This document shows, in pieces, positions 51,749 through 64,000 of a stretch of 64,000 nt of DNA. The translations under genes and the position numbers were made by a program. Source of the DNA: Felis catus (taxonomy: Eukaryota). The stretch's first letter is position 1. The number at the start of each line of letters is the position of its first letter. The stretch is taken from positions 26,600,001 through 26,664,000 of the forward strand of contig NC_058369.1 in NCBI RefSeq assembly GCF_018350175.1, written 5' to 3'. The notes under the pieces are model-generated. The model saw only the letters and a list, made by a program, of their open reading frames with translations, was not told the origin of the DNA and did not search any database.

Positions 51749-53174
51749 AGAAGTCCATGACTTTAGACTGACCACCTCAACTTCTAGGATCAGTTTCCTA
51801 AAACCCAGCAAGGCTTGACTGGTCACAACATGGAATGCTAACATCTTCCTATGCTGTGTATCTGGATGAACAAGTGGCTAGGGGTGGGACTGTAGCAATA
51901 GCAATAACTACCTCCACTGCAGCAGAAAATACCTCAATAATCCAGCATGGAGCTGGACATTAGACACATATTTAGGGTACCAACATACCATAAAACTTAA
52001 GTTGCACAGTTTTTGATTTGAGCTTACATTTCCTTTTAGGCTTGCAATCTTTGGGTTAAAATGTGCCTTTTCCCCCCGCCTGGAATATGGGAATACCACC
52101 CAGGTTGTCCCAGGGATTAAATGAAGCAATAATAGCCTGTGGAAACTCTCCCCCCTTGGGGCCTGCTACAGAGATGGAGCCAGTAGGTGACAGATTTGGT
52201 AACAGTGTTAGTAGTTACTAGTGTCTGAAATTACAGAAAAACTTTCATTCTTAAGCAACTTTATACAACACCTTTTCTGGAGTTACAAGACAACTACATG
52301 TTAAATGTATTATAACTAAGTCATTAGCAAATAGCAGAAAACTTTGCAACCTTCTCTAACTTTAACTAGAGAACAATTACCTTAAAATCAGAATACAAAA
52401 TAAAACCATCTAAACCATTTCTACGGAATGATGGGACTTAATGCCGCAGAGAGAGTAGGTGGAGTTTAATTTAATGCTCTAATTCAGCTCTCTGGGCTTT
52501 TGTAAGGAATACCTACAGGGTATCATTTTCATCACTAAGTGTGTCAGATTATCAGATGCCATATTTATGTACTGATTTCCATTTTCCTTTCATAGTTTGG
52601 TTATTCTTTTATGTTTAGTAGTCAAATAAAACAATGATATGCTAAAAAGAAGCCTCTGTGAGGTGAATGACAATTTAATTTTTCCCCAATGTTGGCTGGT
52701 TGCACAAGAAAAAAAGAACTGGGGAAAGTTGACAGGATCTTTAGTTGACTAGATTTATTTCCCAGAAGTTTCGGGGTGTGTTAATTGTAACATTTTGGTT
52801 AATGAAAAATATTGTGAAAGAATGCTGATAATGGGTGATAAATGGGCTTTTGAACAAATACGATGGTAAAATGTTATTTTTAAAACATTGGGAGGTAATC
52901 ATCAGAATTCTTTTGCTGCTTGGACCATTCTAGTGAGTAAACTGGGCTTGCCAGAAAGGACAATAGTTCTTTTGCATCCCCAAGCTACCATCATCATCAT
53001 GATTGTTTATGGTGTTACTCCAGCTTCTATTTAATTTAAATATGGTCCTTGTTCTAAAGAAAACTTAACATGGTAAACTGCTAAAAAGGCAGGAAGATAT
53101 AGAAACATTAAAGTATCAGGAGGAGCAAACTGACTATATGAGACTAAGAATTACACTAATGGTTCTTATCGATC

Positions 53175-54590
53175 AATTCTTTTATTTAAGTGAAATATAC
53201 ACATGGAAAAGTGCACAGATAATAAATGTACAACTCAATGAATGATCCCAAAGTGACTGTAATCACCACCTGGACCAAGAATAGAAGCTTCCCTCACTCC
53301 TTCTCCTGATCATTACACTTCCTGCTCCCCAAAGGTAGCCCAGATGGTAACTTCTAACACTACCAACTAGTTGGCCTATGTTTAAATCTTTTCTGAATGG
53401 AATCCAACATGTATTCTTTAGGTGTCTAGTTTCTTTCCCTGAATATTACACATTTGTGAGAGTAAATAGTATTCCATTGTGTAAATATATTACAAATTGC
53501 TTATGCCTTCTACTATCAAAGGGGATTGGGTTGTAAACAATTTGGAGCTATCATGAATGTGCTAATGTTGAGAGAAAAGACTTTTCCCTTCCAACTTTGG
53601 TCTGGGGGTTGAACTGCAAATGAACTGACAATAGCCAGGTGAGCAGGAAAAAAGACAAAGTTCATTTCCATGTGCACACGGGAGTTGCTCATAATAAATA
53701 ACTCACTGAATAGCCAGAGATAAAAGTTTATATGCCAACTTACCAAAGGGGGTGGGTTTAATGGGCAAAGTATGGAAGGCTCTGTCTGGCTTTTTATGCT
53801 AATAGGAATGGGCATTCGGTCTTCAAGGCAGCCGAATGGCAGCTGTATTTTCTGGAGGCTTGCTTTAGTGAGAGAAAGGGAGTAGAGATAGGATTTCTTT
53901 CTGCATCCTCTGCTTTCACTGTAAAATAATCCTTATATCAACTCTATAGGTCTGAGTGGGTCCCCACAGTTTACATGTTTTTGGGTGCACATATGTATGC
54001 ATTCTACTGGCCATACCTCTAGAAGGGTAACTTTTGGGGAAAAAGGTATGGTTATGTTCAGCTTATGTAGATGCTACCAAACAGTTTTCCAAAGTAGTTG
54101 TATCAATTTATTCCCTCACCAGCAGGGTGTGAGAGTTCTAGGTCCTCCAGATCCTCACCAAAATTATTGATATTCTGTATTTTAGCCATTGTGATAAGGT
54201 ATAGTAGAATCAGTGTTCTTTTAATTTGCATTTCTCTGATTTTTAAAATGGCTGTATATACTTTCATGTTTACTGGTCATTTGGATACCTTCTTTTGTGA
54301 AATGTCTGTTCAAGCCTTTTGGACATTTTTGTTTTCTTTGGAGTGCCTCTTTTTTCTCACTGATTTGGGGTTCTTCATATATTCTAGACTTATATCTATC
54401 CTGGAACCTTTCCTGTGTTGCAAATATCTTCTTCCACTCTTGTGACATGACTTTTTACCTTGTTGAGTAGTGTTCTTTATTAAGTTCCTAATTTTAATAT
54501 AGTCCAATTATCAATACTTTCCTTTATAGTTACTGAAATTTGAGACCTACCTTAAGACCATGAAGTTATTCTTTGAAATTGCTTTCTAGA
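53175..54590 (-). mobile_element. Old L1 3' region interrupted by an LTR
   Basis: Antisense L1 phrases (ccaaacagttttccaaagtagttgtatcaattta, tttaatttgcatttctctgat). Confidence 0.8.
53566..53968 (-). mobile_element. Solo ERV1-like LTR nested in L1
   Basis: TG...CA block interrupting L1 continuity. Confidence 0.6.
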
Positions 54591-55372
54591 ATTTTACTGC
54601 TCAATATGGTAGTCACCAGTCACAAGTGGCTACACAGCACTTGAAATGGATCTAATCTGAATTGAGATGGGCAGTAAATAGAAAACACACACTGGATATC
54701 AAGCACTTAATATGACAAAAAGAATGTAAAGTATCTCATTAATACAATGTTTTATCCTGATTACGGAGGGACCAACAACCAACCAGAATGACATAAAGAC
54801 TCCTTTAAGCTGTAAACATTTGGGCAAATAGCACACATAAAGAAATCTCATCTGAACTTCCTTTATCTGACTAAAGCAGAGCTTTTCAAGAATCAGCTGC
54901 TGTTAATCCCCCTATTCTGGGGAAGTCTTCAGTCAGGGAGGTGACTGACCTTTAGCAACTGGACATTCCAAGAAATTGCGTAAACAAGCCTTATCAGAAC
55001 CTTCCATCCTTTCCCACTGAAGCCCCAACCCCTCCCTGACCCCATTTATTAAGCTGATGTATAAAACTTTACCCTTGGCTGTTTGGGGGTGTGGGGTGTC
55101 TCCTTATAGAATGCTTCCACATGCATGCATATAAAACTTTTCTCCAGTTAACAGGCTGTCAATAAATTCACAACCCTCACTTCCCACCAGTCACTCAAAC
55201 CTAAGTTAGTAGAGAAAAATGCCTTCCTCCCCCAAGTGACATCTGAAATTATAGTATTTTGGATATACTGGGTTATAATGTAACCAAATTAATTTTACCT
55301 TTTAATTCTTAAATCTTCCTAGAAAACGTTAAACATGTGGCTCACATTCTATTTCAATTGGACAACAGTTCT
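54590..55372. mobile_element. MER3/MER33-like hAT element split by an LTR-like insert (about 54760-55236)
   Basis: atatggtagtcaccagtcacaagtggcta...ttttggatatactgggtta...atgtggctcacatt...ttggacaacag. Confidence 0.6.
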
Positions 55373-55481
55373 AGTTGATGTTTTATTCCTCTAGATGTGA
55401 TTCTTTTGCCTCTGGCAGGCAATGAGCGTAAGGTCAGAGGGCTATCGGCAATTAAGATGATTCAAAATAAATGTGTCTTGA

Positions 55482-55680
55482 GGCGTGTGGGTGGCTTAGT
55501 AGGTTAAGCCTCTGACTCTTGGTTTTGGCTCAGATAGTGTTCTCACAGTTAGTGAGATCCAGCCCTTCACTGGGCTCTGTGCTGACAACACAGGGCCTGC
55601 TTTGGATTCTTTCTCTCTTTCTGCCCCTGCCTCGCATGCACTCTCGATCACGTTCAAAAATAAATAAACTTAAAAAAAAA
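55482..55680 (+). mobile_element. CanSINE with TSD AAATGTGTCTTGA
   Basis: TSD at 55469-55481 and 55681-55693. Confidence 0.93.
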
Positions 55681-56919
55681 AAATGTGTCTTGAATTCTCC
55701 AGAAAGCTGGTCTATATCTGCTTAACTCATTTACCTGAAGTAAATCATTTACCTGAAGCACTCTGGGGTTTACTCTGGCCCTTCTCTTCAAAGATCCAGA
55801 AACTCCAAAGTTTTCCCCTTAAGCCGATGAGGCTGCTGGAGGCTATTCTTGGCTCCTCAGCCTCTCAGCTTCTGCTTTCTGAAGTGGAATTTGTCCTGAG
55901 AAAAGTGCAAGGGCAGGCAGGCTGCCTCTCCTGCTTCCCTTCTCTTCTGGAGCAAGGCCCCATAAATTCTCACTACCCTGGAAGCTCTCCAATGGCTTTA
56001 ATCAGATGATTCTAATATTTTGTCTGGCATTTCTGGTTGTTCTCAGAGGGAAGTTCAGTGTGAAACAACCAAGTCTGCCATTGCCAGAGGCAGAACTCCT
56101 ATTAATTAATTAAAAAGTATGTCATGCATGTTATTTAATGTTGTAGGATTTTAATCATGGTTGATGTGGAGAATTGAGTTCAGAGTTCTGAAGAAGGAAC
56201 AGTCCTAATTTCACTTCAGTCAAGTAAGGTTTTACAGAAGAGCAGGGATGACTTTTAGAGTAGGAGATACAGCAAGGTGGTAGTTCCAGGGTTAGGGAGT
56301 GTCATGTAGGGCTGCGAATAGATTCTATTTGATAACCTCACTGACTAAATGAATAATAGAAATTCTAGTTCAAAGAAGACACATGGATTATAAATCTCAT
56401 GCTAATTCTTATTGGTAGTATCGCCTGGAGTATGTTATAGATAAGGATTTTAAGTTTGTAGTGGTGCTCAGTGGGCAAGAGGATTGCAGTCCACTGGCAA
56501 TGTCTACATTGGACAAAGGACAGGGGATAGCTGCACATGAGTGTGAATCATAATATTCCAGAAATCATATGCTATGATTGAATGATCATGCATCACAAGT
56601 ATACTCTGGAATAGTTTGTAAATTAAAATAATTTAGATTCATTATGTAAAGTTTCTGAATACGCCACACCAAAATATGCAGCTTTGGCAAATTGATTGTT
56701 TTGAAGACACTTGAGAAAGAGTAGATTCAGGAAGGGCTCCCTGACCTTCCCCTTTCTACCTAAAAGGAAGGGCATAAAATTTCCCAGGAGCAAGATGCCC
56801 TTTCTAGTACAAGGTACAGTTCAATCACCAGACACACCAATGACAGGAATCTACAGAACAAACCTTATTAACACAACCCTCATCTTCCAGTAGTTTCCAT
56901 TCAGCTATGACCTATCTAA

Positions 56920-58255
56920 GGTTATAATGAAGGTCATGCAGAAACAGCATGCTTTGCACATTTATGGAAAACACTGGGCCCAGAGAGAGAATAGTTTGGG
57001 TGACAGAACTGAGATTCAGAATGATCTTGATAGTCAAGAATATTGGTTCAGATACCAGTATTTATTCCACAGCTATCTACCAAGATCCATTCTGTGTCAG
57101 ATCCTGGCACAATTTTTTTTTTTTTTTTGTAGGGTTCTTGCCCTTTAGAGCTTATAGTATGGAGGGTGAGACCAACATCAATCAGATAATCACACAGAAA
57201 TGAATAAACACTGTGAAGTTAAATGGTGCTATGAGAACACATGAATAGGGACTTGGGAGTTCCCTATGGGAAGTGGTACTTGAGAGGAAATCTAATGGAT
57301 GAATAGGTATTAACCAGGCAAGGTGGAAGGCAGGGTAGGGGAAAACATTCTAGGATGCAGCAGCAATGTGAAAAGGCCCTGAGGTAGGCAGGTTTGAGAA
57401 GAGGAAAGGAGGCCAATGTAGTTAAAGCACAAATCTCCAGAGGGCAAATGATGTAAAATAAGGTTGGCCCAGTAGGCATGCACCAAGTCACCTGACCTTG
57501 CAGACCACTGAAAGATTTTGGTCTTTATCCTATGACCAATGAGAAGCCATTGAAGGGTTTTAATAGGGGAGTGTCACAGTCAGATCTGTGTTTAGAAAAG
57601 GTTGCTCTGTAGGGAATGGGTATGGGTTGTGGTGGAAAAGCACATGTGAATATATAGAGATAACAATATATAGCTTATACATTATAAGGTTATAGCAATG
57701 GTCCAGGAGAAAGAGTGATAGGTGACCGAAAAGCCAAAGATAAGCCATTAGTGGGGTATGGATAGTAATAAAAAAATGAATGTGATTCGAGCCACACTGG
57801 TACATACTATGTCCTGGTCAAAGGTCTAACTGTAGTCTGAACTGTCATATTAGCCTGTTCAATTTAGAGAATCCCAATCTGATAAACTCAAAGGTGTCCA
57901 AAGGAATATCAGGACTATATCAGGACCGGAAATGGCAAAGAAGACTTGAAGCTGGAGAAATGAGAGATTGAAGGAGAAAACGGAACATCCAAAAAGCAAT
58001 ATTCAAAATTCAAGGGGTATTATGTGAAAGTGTGATGACTCAAATTATTGTTCTGGAAAGAGAACTAGGACCCAGAGGGAGAAGCTATAGGGAACCCATG
58101 TCAGCTCAGTATAAGGGCTGGTTCAGTAATGGAAGGAGCTGCCTTATGCTGCACTGAGCCTGCCTCCCTGGTGAAGACGTGCAGAGGAAATTTTTGAAGA
58201 GACACTGGGTTAAATCATCCTTGTAATCTCTTCAAACTCTCTAGGATTCCCACAT
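56920..58255 (+). mobile_element. CR1/L3 RT and 3' fragment split by an antisense L2 (about 57055-57780); MER34-like LTR piece upstream at about 56645-56905
   Basis: GDRTEIQNDLDSQEYW resembles the CR1 RT motif DR..IQ.DLD.L..W; DKLKGVQR at about 57881; CR1-type 3' tail. Confidence 0.7.
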
Positions 58256-58701
58256 TCTCTCAGAGTGTGAGCTTTTTTTTTTGAAAATTTTACATTCCTA
58301 ATATTCCTATCAACACCCCTACCATCACTATCATCCCTTTTTACCATTTAATGAAAACACACATACCAGGCCCTGTGCAGAACACTTTCACATACATTTC
58401 ATTTAATCTTTATAATAACACTGTAAGGTAGGTAGTAAAATCCAACCCCTATTTTTTAGATAATTTAATTGAGGCTTAGAGAAGTAATTTCACAAGAATA
58501 CAAATCTAGCATTTTTATTCCAGAGACAGTGCTTTTAACCAATGCACCACATCACTTCCTAAAACCACTTATTCTACTATATGCCAATGAATCCCATACT
58601 GACCTCAACAATTTTAACCAATTCTTAAACCTTCAAATGTGAAAGTATATGAAGCACCATATTTCCTATGACAAAATATATTCAATGTCAAAGCTAGTAA
58701 T

Positions 58702-59113
58702 TGTGTCAGATAGAATAAGGCTGTTATCCTTGGTAACAAACAACCCCCAAATCTCAGTGGCTTAAAAACAACAAAGGTTTGTTTCTTGCTCATGCCAAGT
58801 GTCCATAAACAGATGAGCAGGGGAACTGTTTATCAAAGTCATTCAGCGACCAGGCTGACATGAATAACCACCATCTTGAATGTTGCTGGTAAGTGTCAGA
58901 GGGAAAAAGAACTCCTCAGGATCTTACACCTACAATAAAATATTCCAGCCAGGCAACCATATGGGCCATTTTGTCCACCATGCATTGGTTAGAACTGTTT
59001 GGTTAGTTGGCTCCATTCCAAACCAAGTGGACTTGAAATACAGTCCAACAATGTGCTTGGCCCTGGGAGATGGGGCAATAGCTGGCAAAGTGTGTTAGTC
59101 ACTGATGCAGACA
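58702..59113 (-). mobile_element. MaLR MLT1I/J-like LTR
   Basis: gtaacaaacaacccccaaatctcagtggcttaaaaacaacaaaggttt; same family as 7926-8310. Confidence 0.75.
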
Positions 59114-62100
59114 GTAAACATGCAAACTGCCTTTGTCTCATACATTTCAGAGTTTCTACCAAGAAGAATATTGACTATCTCTCTACATTGGCTTGATTAC
59201 TTACTCCAGGTTGAGAGTATTAATATATTAGAAGAGGGGAAATGTACAAAACATGCTGAATTCTGGTAGAAGTCTTCACTGTATATGTAAAACATAATTC
59301 AAACCATAATCATGTCTGGGATTCAAGCCCTTGGCATGCCATGTTAGTATGCTCATTTTTGTACTTGGGTTAGATACAAGTGCTTGGGCAGAAAATGTAA
59401 TAGTTTATTTACTCTCTTACAAGTTTCACTGTACCTAACTATGTCAAGCCATCACTGGTGAACTGAGAGAAGATAAGAAGCAGTTCAAGCCTGACATTAG
59501 GTTTTGAATATTAAGATGTTAGAATAAAAATCATTTAAACGCATTATAGATATGTTATTCTGAAAATTCTTGGCCATGCCGGTCCATCATTGTCATATTA
59601 ACTAAACGTGTGCTCCTCAGGTCCCAATTTGATTTATATAAAAATGCAAATCTCTTAAAAATGTTTTGCTTTCTGGTAAATATCTATAATAATATAAAAT
59701 AAAACAAATAACTCATCTTATTTTTTGCTATGACTCGGAGTATTCAATTTAAATCTGAACAACTTTTACCCGCTATCTGTAAGCCCTCTGTGATCTCAAC
59801 TACAGAACTAAAAACCTGCAAAGAAAATATGAAGACAAATCAGTGGCATCTATGAAGCATTTCACTGGAAACGGTTGTTAAGGAGATAACAATTTCTTGT
59901 TGTAAGTGATTCAAATGCCCAAAGAAAAAAGTAAGAGTGGTGTTTGTGTACTTAAAAACGTAATTAAAATTTGTATTACAAATGCTAGTTTAGGAAAGAA
60001 CTGGTTTTAAAAGGCAATTTCCTGTAAGGTCATTGCCGTGATATTTCAGATGGTACCTTTTTCTAATTTTGAAAGCTACATATTTTAATAGAGAATGGTC
60101 CAAAATGTTCTTAAGGTCAAACTGGAAATATGTTGATGATTTAAAAATGCAAGCAAAGTGCTTTATTATATTATACTACCAGAGTGTTATTGTAGTTTAA
60201 AAATATCATTAAATCAGCACAAACCCGCACTTATCATTTCCTGCACATTTTTCACACTGAGCTGCCTTCTGACTATGAGTAATCTGTTAATCTGCTCTTC
60301 GCCTCACAATCCGTCAAAGTGACAGATTCATTCCCTTCTCTAATACATAATATCTTCATTTACTGTATGCCTTACTGCGACTTGCTTTTTTGCTAGCACT
60401 GAAATTTAGAAAATCACAAGCAAATTTAGAGCATGTCACATGGGTGGTTGTTCTTGTTTGTTTCCCATTTCTTCCATTACTCCAACAGGAGAAACTACAA
60501 CTTTTCTGGACTCTTAATGGGAGTTAATAGTGTTTCCAAAATGAAGGCAATCTCAGGTTTCAATAAAAATGTTAAAGAGGTCAGATGAGGGCAAATGGTA
60601 AACACAAGGTAAGCGTATCCTTCGCCACATGAAAACACTGACCATAGTGGAATTTTCTTCCAGTGCTAGTGGACAACAAATAGATTTTCACCTTTGAGCC
60701 TCACCCCTAGGCGTAAAGAAAAAAATATATATCATTTAAAAAAAAAAAAAAAAAAAGAAAGAAACTGACATTCATTTAGTAGTTAAGGGATGAATTTCTC
60801 CCTGCAAAAGACAGGCCTTCATTAGCATAAACACCAGCATTTACTTGAAGGCCACATTGTGATTTTATTTAAGCTGAAACCTTCACTTTTTATCATGACG
60901 TTGACTGACCTCAGACCAGGCCAGATCTCAGGTTTCTTGCTCATTGCTATTTTGATAATACAAACGGTTCTGCTGTTTCAAAACTGTTCCCTATTAATTC
61001 AACAAAATAATGCTATGCTCCCCTTTTCCCTTGCTTTGGTTCAGTTGCGTATTACTCTATAAATTCTGCAAATAGAGTGACTTAAGGACTGAAAAATAGG
61101 CGAACATGTAAAATTCCAGCTAGTTTCATCTTTAAATAAGAGATAAAGTACATCCTCTACAAATCACCCTTCGGCTTCACTTGTTACTGATACAAGCATT
61201 CACACACTAAAACAAAGGTCACTACTGTTAACCTCAAAAGTCAAAAGGAAGGAAGATGTTTACAGCAAAATATGAGCAGTAGCCTTCTAATAGGTTCTGT
61301 TTCATCACAGACATAATTTTTTTTCCATGCGTTTTCATCCAACACCCAACAGCACTTTCTTGTCCTGAGCACCAAATTGCATCTGATTTGTCTTAATGGA
61401 TGGCAAGGGAGCGAAAGGCTTTTAAAAATCAATGGACAAGAAAGAGTCAATAGAACAATAATGTTAGTGTTAATTCAATCAAATCAGCTGAACGTTGTTT
61501 GCCTTTTCTCCTTTAAGTCATTTTGAACGGGACGGACGTTTGACTCATGTGGTATTTATCATACTGAGTGAGTTTTTATGTGGTAATGAACAGCAAAATA
61601 TGAAGCTGTAAACTCGGGTAAACATAATATATTGTTAGAGTGAAAATGTGTGTGTTTTAACATTAATCAATTTCAAAGTGTAATGTTTTTCATTAACAAG
61701 TGAAACAAAATAATTACTGGGAAGAAATAGAACCCACTGCCAACAAAAACAGTTTTGTGAGTAGGTGCAGGTTTGGAAGAGCTGTGACTTCTCCGTGAAA
61801 GGCTAGGGGCTCACCCCCACACATAAAACATTCACACCCCCGCCTCGAGGACATGCAGCGCTGGGGGGCCATGACTTCATGGAGGGCACGAGAAAATTGC
61901 CTCTCCAAGGCACTGTGCACATAGTAGGTGCACGTGAATGTTGCTAAAGGTCTGAACTGCGCATGCTTTCAGTCCTCTCCTACTGTAGTAGGGTTCCTTG
62001 TTTAAATAACAAGGAGAGTATTCTGCACTGGGTTGCAAGATGAATGATGAGACAGTGAGTCTATGGATGTGACGGTCTATGGCCATTTAACCATAATTAC

Positions 62101-63201
62101 GGTCTTCCATTTCTTCGGTTCATGTCATTACCCTGGACCTCAGCCTACAATCCCCTCCCTTCCCCCTCGGACAGAAGAGAGGTGAATGTTATAAACTGGA
62201 ATTAGTACTTCGACTTTTTAAAGGTGCTCATTACTCTAGAAGGAAAAGCTGAATCTTTTAATTAAAAGTTGAAACGGTAACATGTTAGAATGGTAAATAA
62301 TTGCTTTGGTAATTACCTTCTTTACATTGGACCCTGGGCCAAAGGTAATCTGAGTTCATCATCAGGATGGATAACAGTGACTGGGGAGGCCTGGGTGACC
62401 GAAGGAGTTCTTCATTCCGCTAGTTAAAAATGCTAAGAGTCTTCAGGGATCCATCACTTCAGGATTAATTTGGGGAGGTGAGGGGTAGAAGATGCAATCT
62501 GTTGTTCTAGACTCTTATGGAAATGGGTTTCTTGAGTTTGCAATTTTGGAAAATACGACAATTACTAAAATGCTGATGAGTATTTCCCCAGCCCTCATGG
62601 CTTAAGATTCTCTCATGGAGTACAAGTGAACTCAGGTTGAAATGCCAAGTCCCGTGGGCCCAAGAGAGATCTGGTCTGAGAGCAGGCAGACATTTCAACT
62701 GAGAAACTGAAGAATGGGGTCGGCAGATGCCCAGGCAGGCAGGGCCAGAATGAGCAAGCAGAGCCAAGTGAAGAAAGAGAAGTATTGTTCAGGTGTGCAG
62801 GGGTGCCAGCCAGTTAGGGCCTGGGACAGGGTGATGGGAGCAGGTGTGCAATCTGAGCTAACAGGCTCTGGTGGGATAATAATGGTCAAAGCCAGACTCA
62901 AAGTGGGTTGGGCATGTGCCAAGGGAGGAGGAAGGAGAAGTGATGGGGCAGTGGACCACCAGCTGCCCAGCTCTGTTAGTGAACTGCTGGAACCCAATGG
63001 GAAGGGTGTCCCCGAAGTTGTGCCTAGGAGTGATGCTAGGGGCAGAGAGGTCAAAGGCGAGAAACAAGATGATTCTCAAGGGATTTGGCTTACTATCAGT
63101 GCCTTTAGCTGGACTGTTCTCCAGGGTAGGGCCACTCTGAGCTAGGCCTTTGCTGTAGACCAAGGAGGGCAGGGGCCCAGCTGGGTCTCTTTGTATCATG
63201 T

Positions 63202-63427
63202 GGTTTTTTTTTTTAAATTTTTATTTATTTTTGAGAGAGAGAGAGAGATTGAGAGACAGCAAGAGTAGAGGAGGGGCAGAGAGAGATGGAGACACAGAAT
63301 CTGAAGCAGACTCCAGGCTCTGAGCTGTCAGCACAGAGCCTGATGCGGGGCTTGAACTCACAAACCTGTGAGATCATGACCTGAGCCGAAGTCAGTTGCT
63401 CAACTGACTGAGCCACCCAAGCGCCCC
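63202..63427 (-). mobile_element. CanSINE with TSD TGTATCATGT
   Basis: TSD at 63192-63201 and 63428-63437. Confidence 0.95.
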
Positions 63428-64000
63428 TGTATCATGTTTTTAAAGTCTGTTGTAAAGCTTCAACCAGTGGTCTGAAAACCTCTTGGGGAGCTGGAAGGGC
63501 AGGAGTCCCTTGAATTTAAAGGGCACAAGCTCCATAAGCTCAAGTCCTCTCTCTGTTTCTCTATGTACCTTTTGCTTCTTTTCCACATACGTGTCTAGAT
63601 TCAGTTAGCCTGGTGAGGATTAGGCACATCTTCTGCAGCAGGGGCAACCCAAGCACATTTCTGGCAAGTGGCACCTGGCTCCACAAAATCTATATTTGTG
63701 TAGGCAAATACAGATGAGCAATTTCCAATAAGAACACAGAAAAAAACACAGGAGTTCAATTTCAGAAAACTGTCTCTGTTGAAAGGTTTAAAATGATACT
63801 TTATTGGAGACTTTAGATTATGGCTATCTTCTAAGGGCTCATCTAAAACAATTTCATGAGATTTCATTTGCTACATGTAGGAACAGGGCCAGGTCCCACT
63901 GGCCCTCAAGGGAGGAAAGTATGTAGGTGTTTCTTTCTGGGTTCCAGCTAGTAGTTCAATCCATGGTGAGGCAGCTGGTGTAGGGAGATGGGGAAATTCA

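Larger units (their letters stand above)
36145..64000 (-). other. CFAP20DC: Upstream CFAP20DC intron (partial; the preceding exon lies beyond the window)
   Basis: AG acceptor at 36146-36145. No further CFAP20DC-like exon recognised up to 64000. Confidence 0.7.

Noticed and set aside
55725..55760. Short direct duplications (tcatttacctgaag x2; similar ones at about 5830, 29385 and 45775)
   Set aside because: Ordinary slippage duplications; only two units and no spacer array.
62714..63145. 143-aa ORF and overlapping antisense ORFs
   Set aside because: Lies in an antisense L2-like remnant; no splice or homology support.
604..63416. Many short ORFs with WVAQSV / SLSLS / ERERE peptides
   Set aside because: Translations of CanSINE copies and microsatellites.
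1..64000. CRISPR array, operon or other prokaryotic system
   Set aside because: Sequence is mammalian; no regularly spaced repeats and no gene-dense region.

Overview
Mammalian (felid, most likely domestic cat or a close relative) genomic DNA, judged from about 21 carnivore tRNA-derived CanSINEs including young SINEC_Fc-type copies and a feline-type L1 3' end. The only protein-coding sequence I can support is the 3' end of CFAP20DC (C3orf67) on the minus strand: a 95-nt penultimate exon (36050-36144) and the last coding exon (23632-23750), followed by a 3' UTR with poly(A) signals. Positions 36145-64000 are intron and 1-23100 lie downstream of the gene. The rest is transposable-element debris (SINE, L1, L2, CR1/L3, MIR, MaLR/ERV LTRs, hAT MITEs), microsatellites and a few repeat-free AT-rich blocks that look like conserved non-coding elements. 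The most unexpected signal is a heavily decayed, near full-length ORF2 fossil of a Tx1-like non-LTR retrotransposon spread over about 7.6-17.6 kb and broken up by later insertions. It was read by eye from collinear motifs and needs HMM confirmation. No prokaryotic-type system is present. Repeat family names come from recalled consensus features, not a database search.
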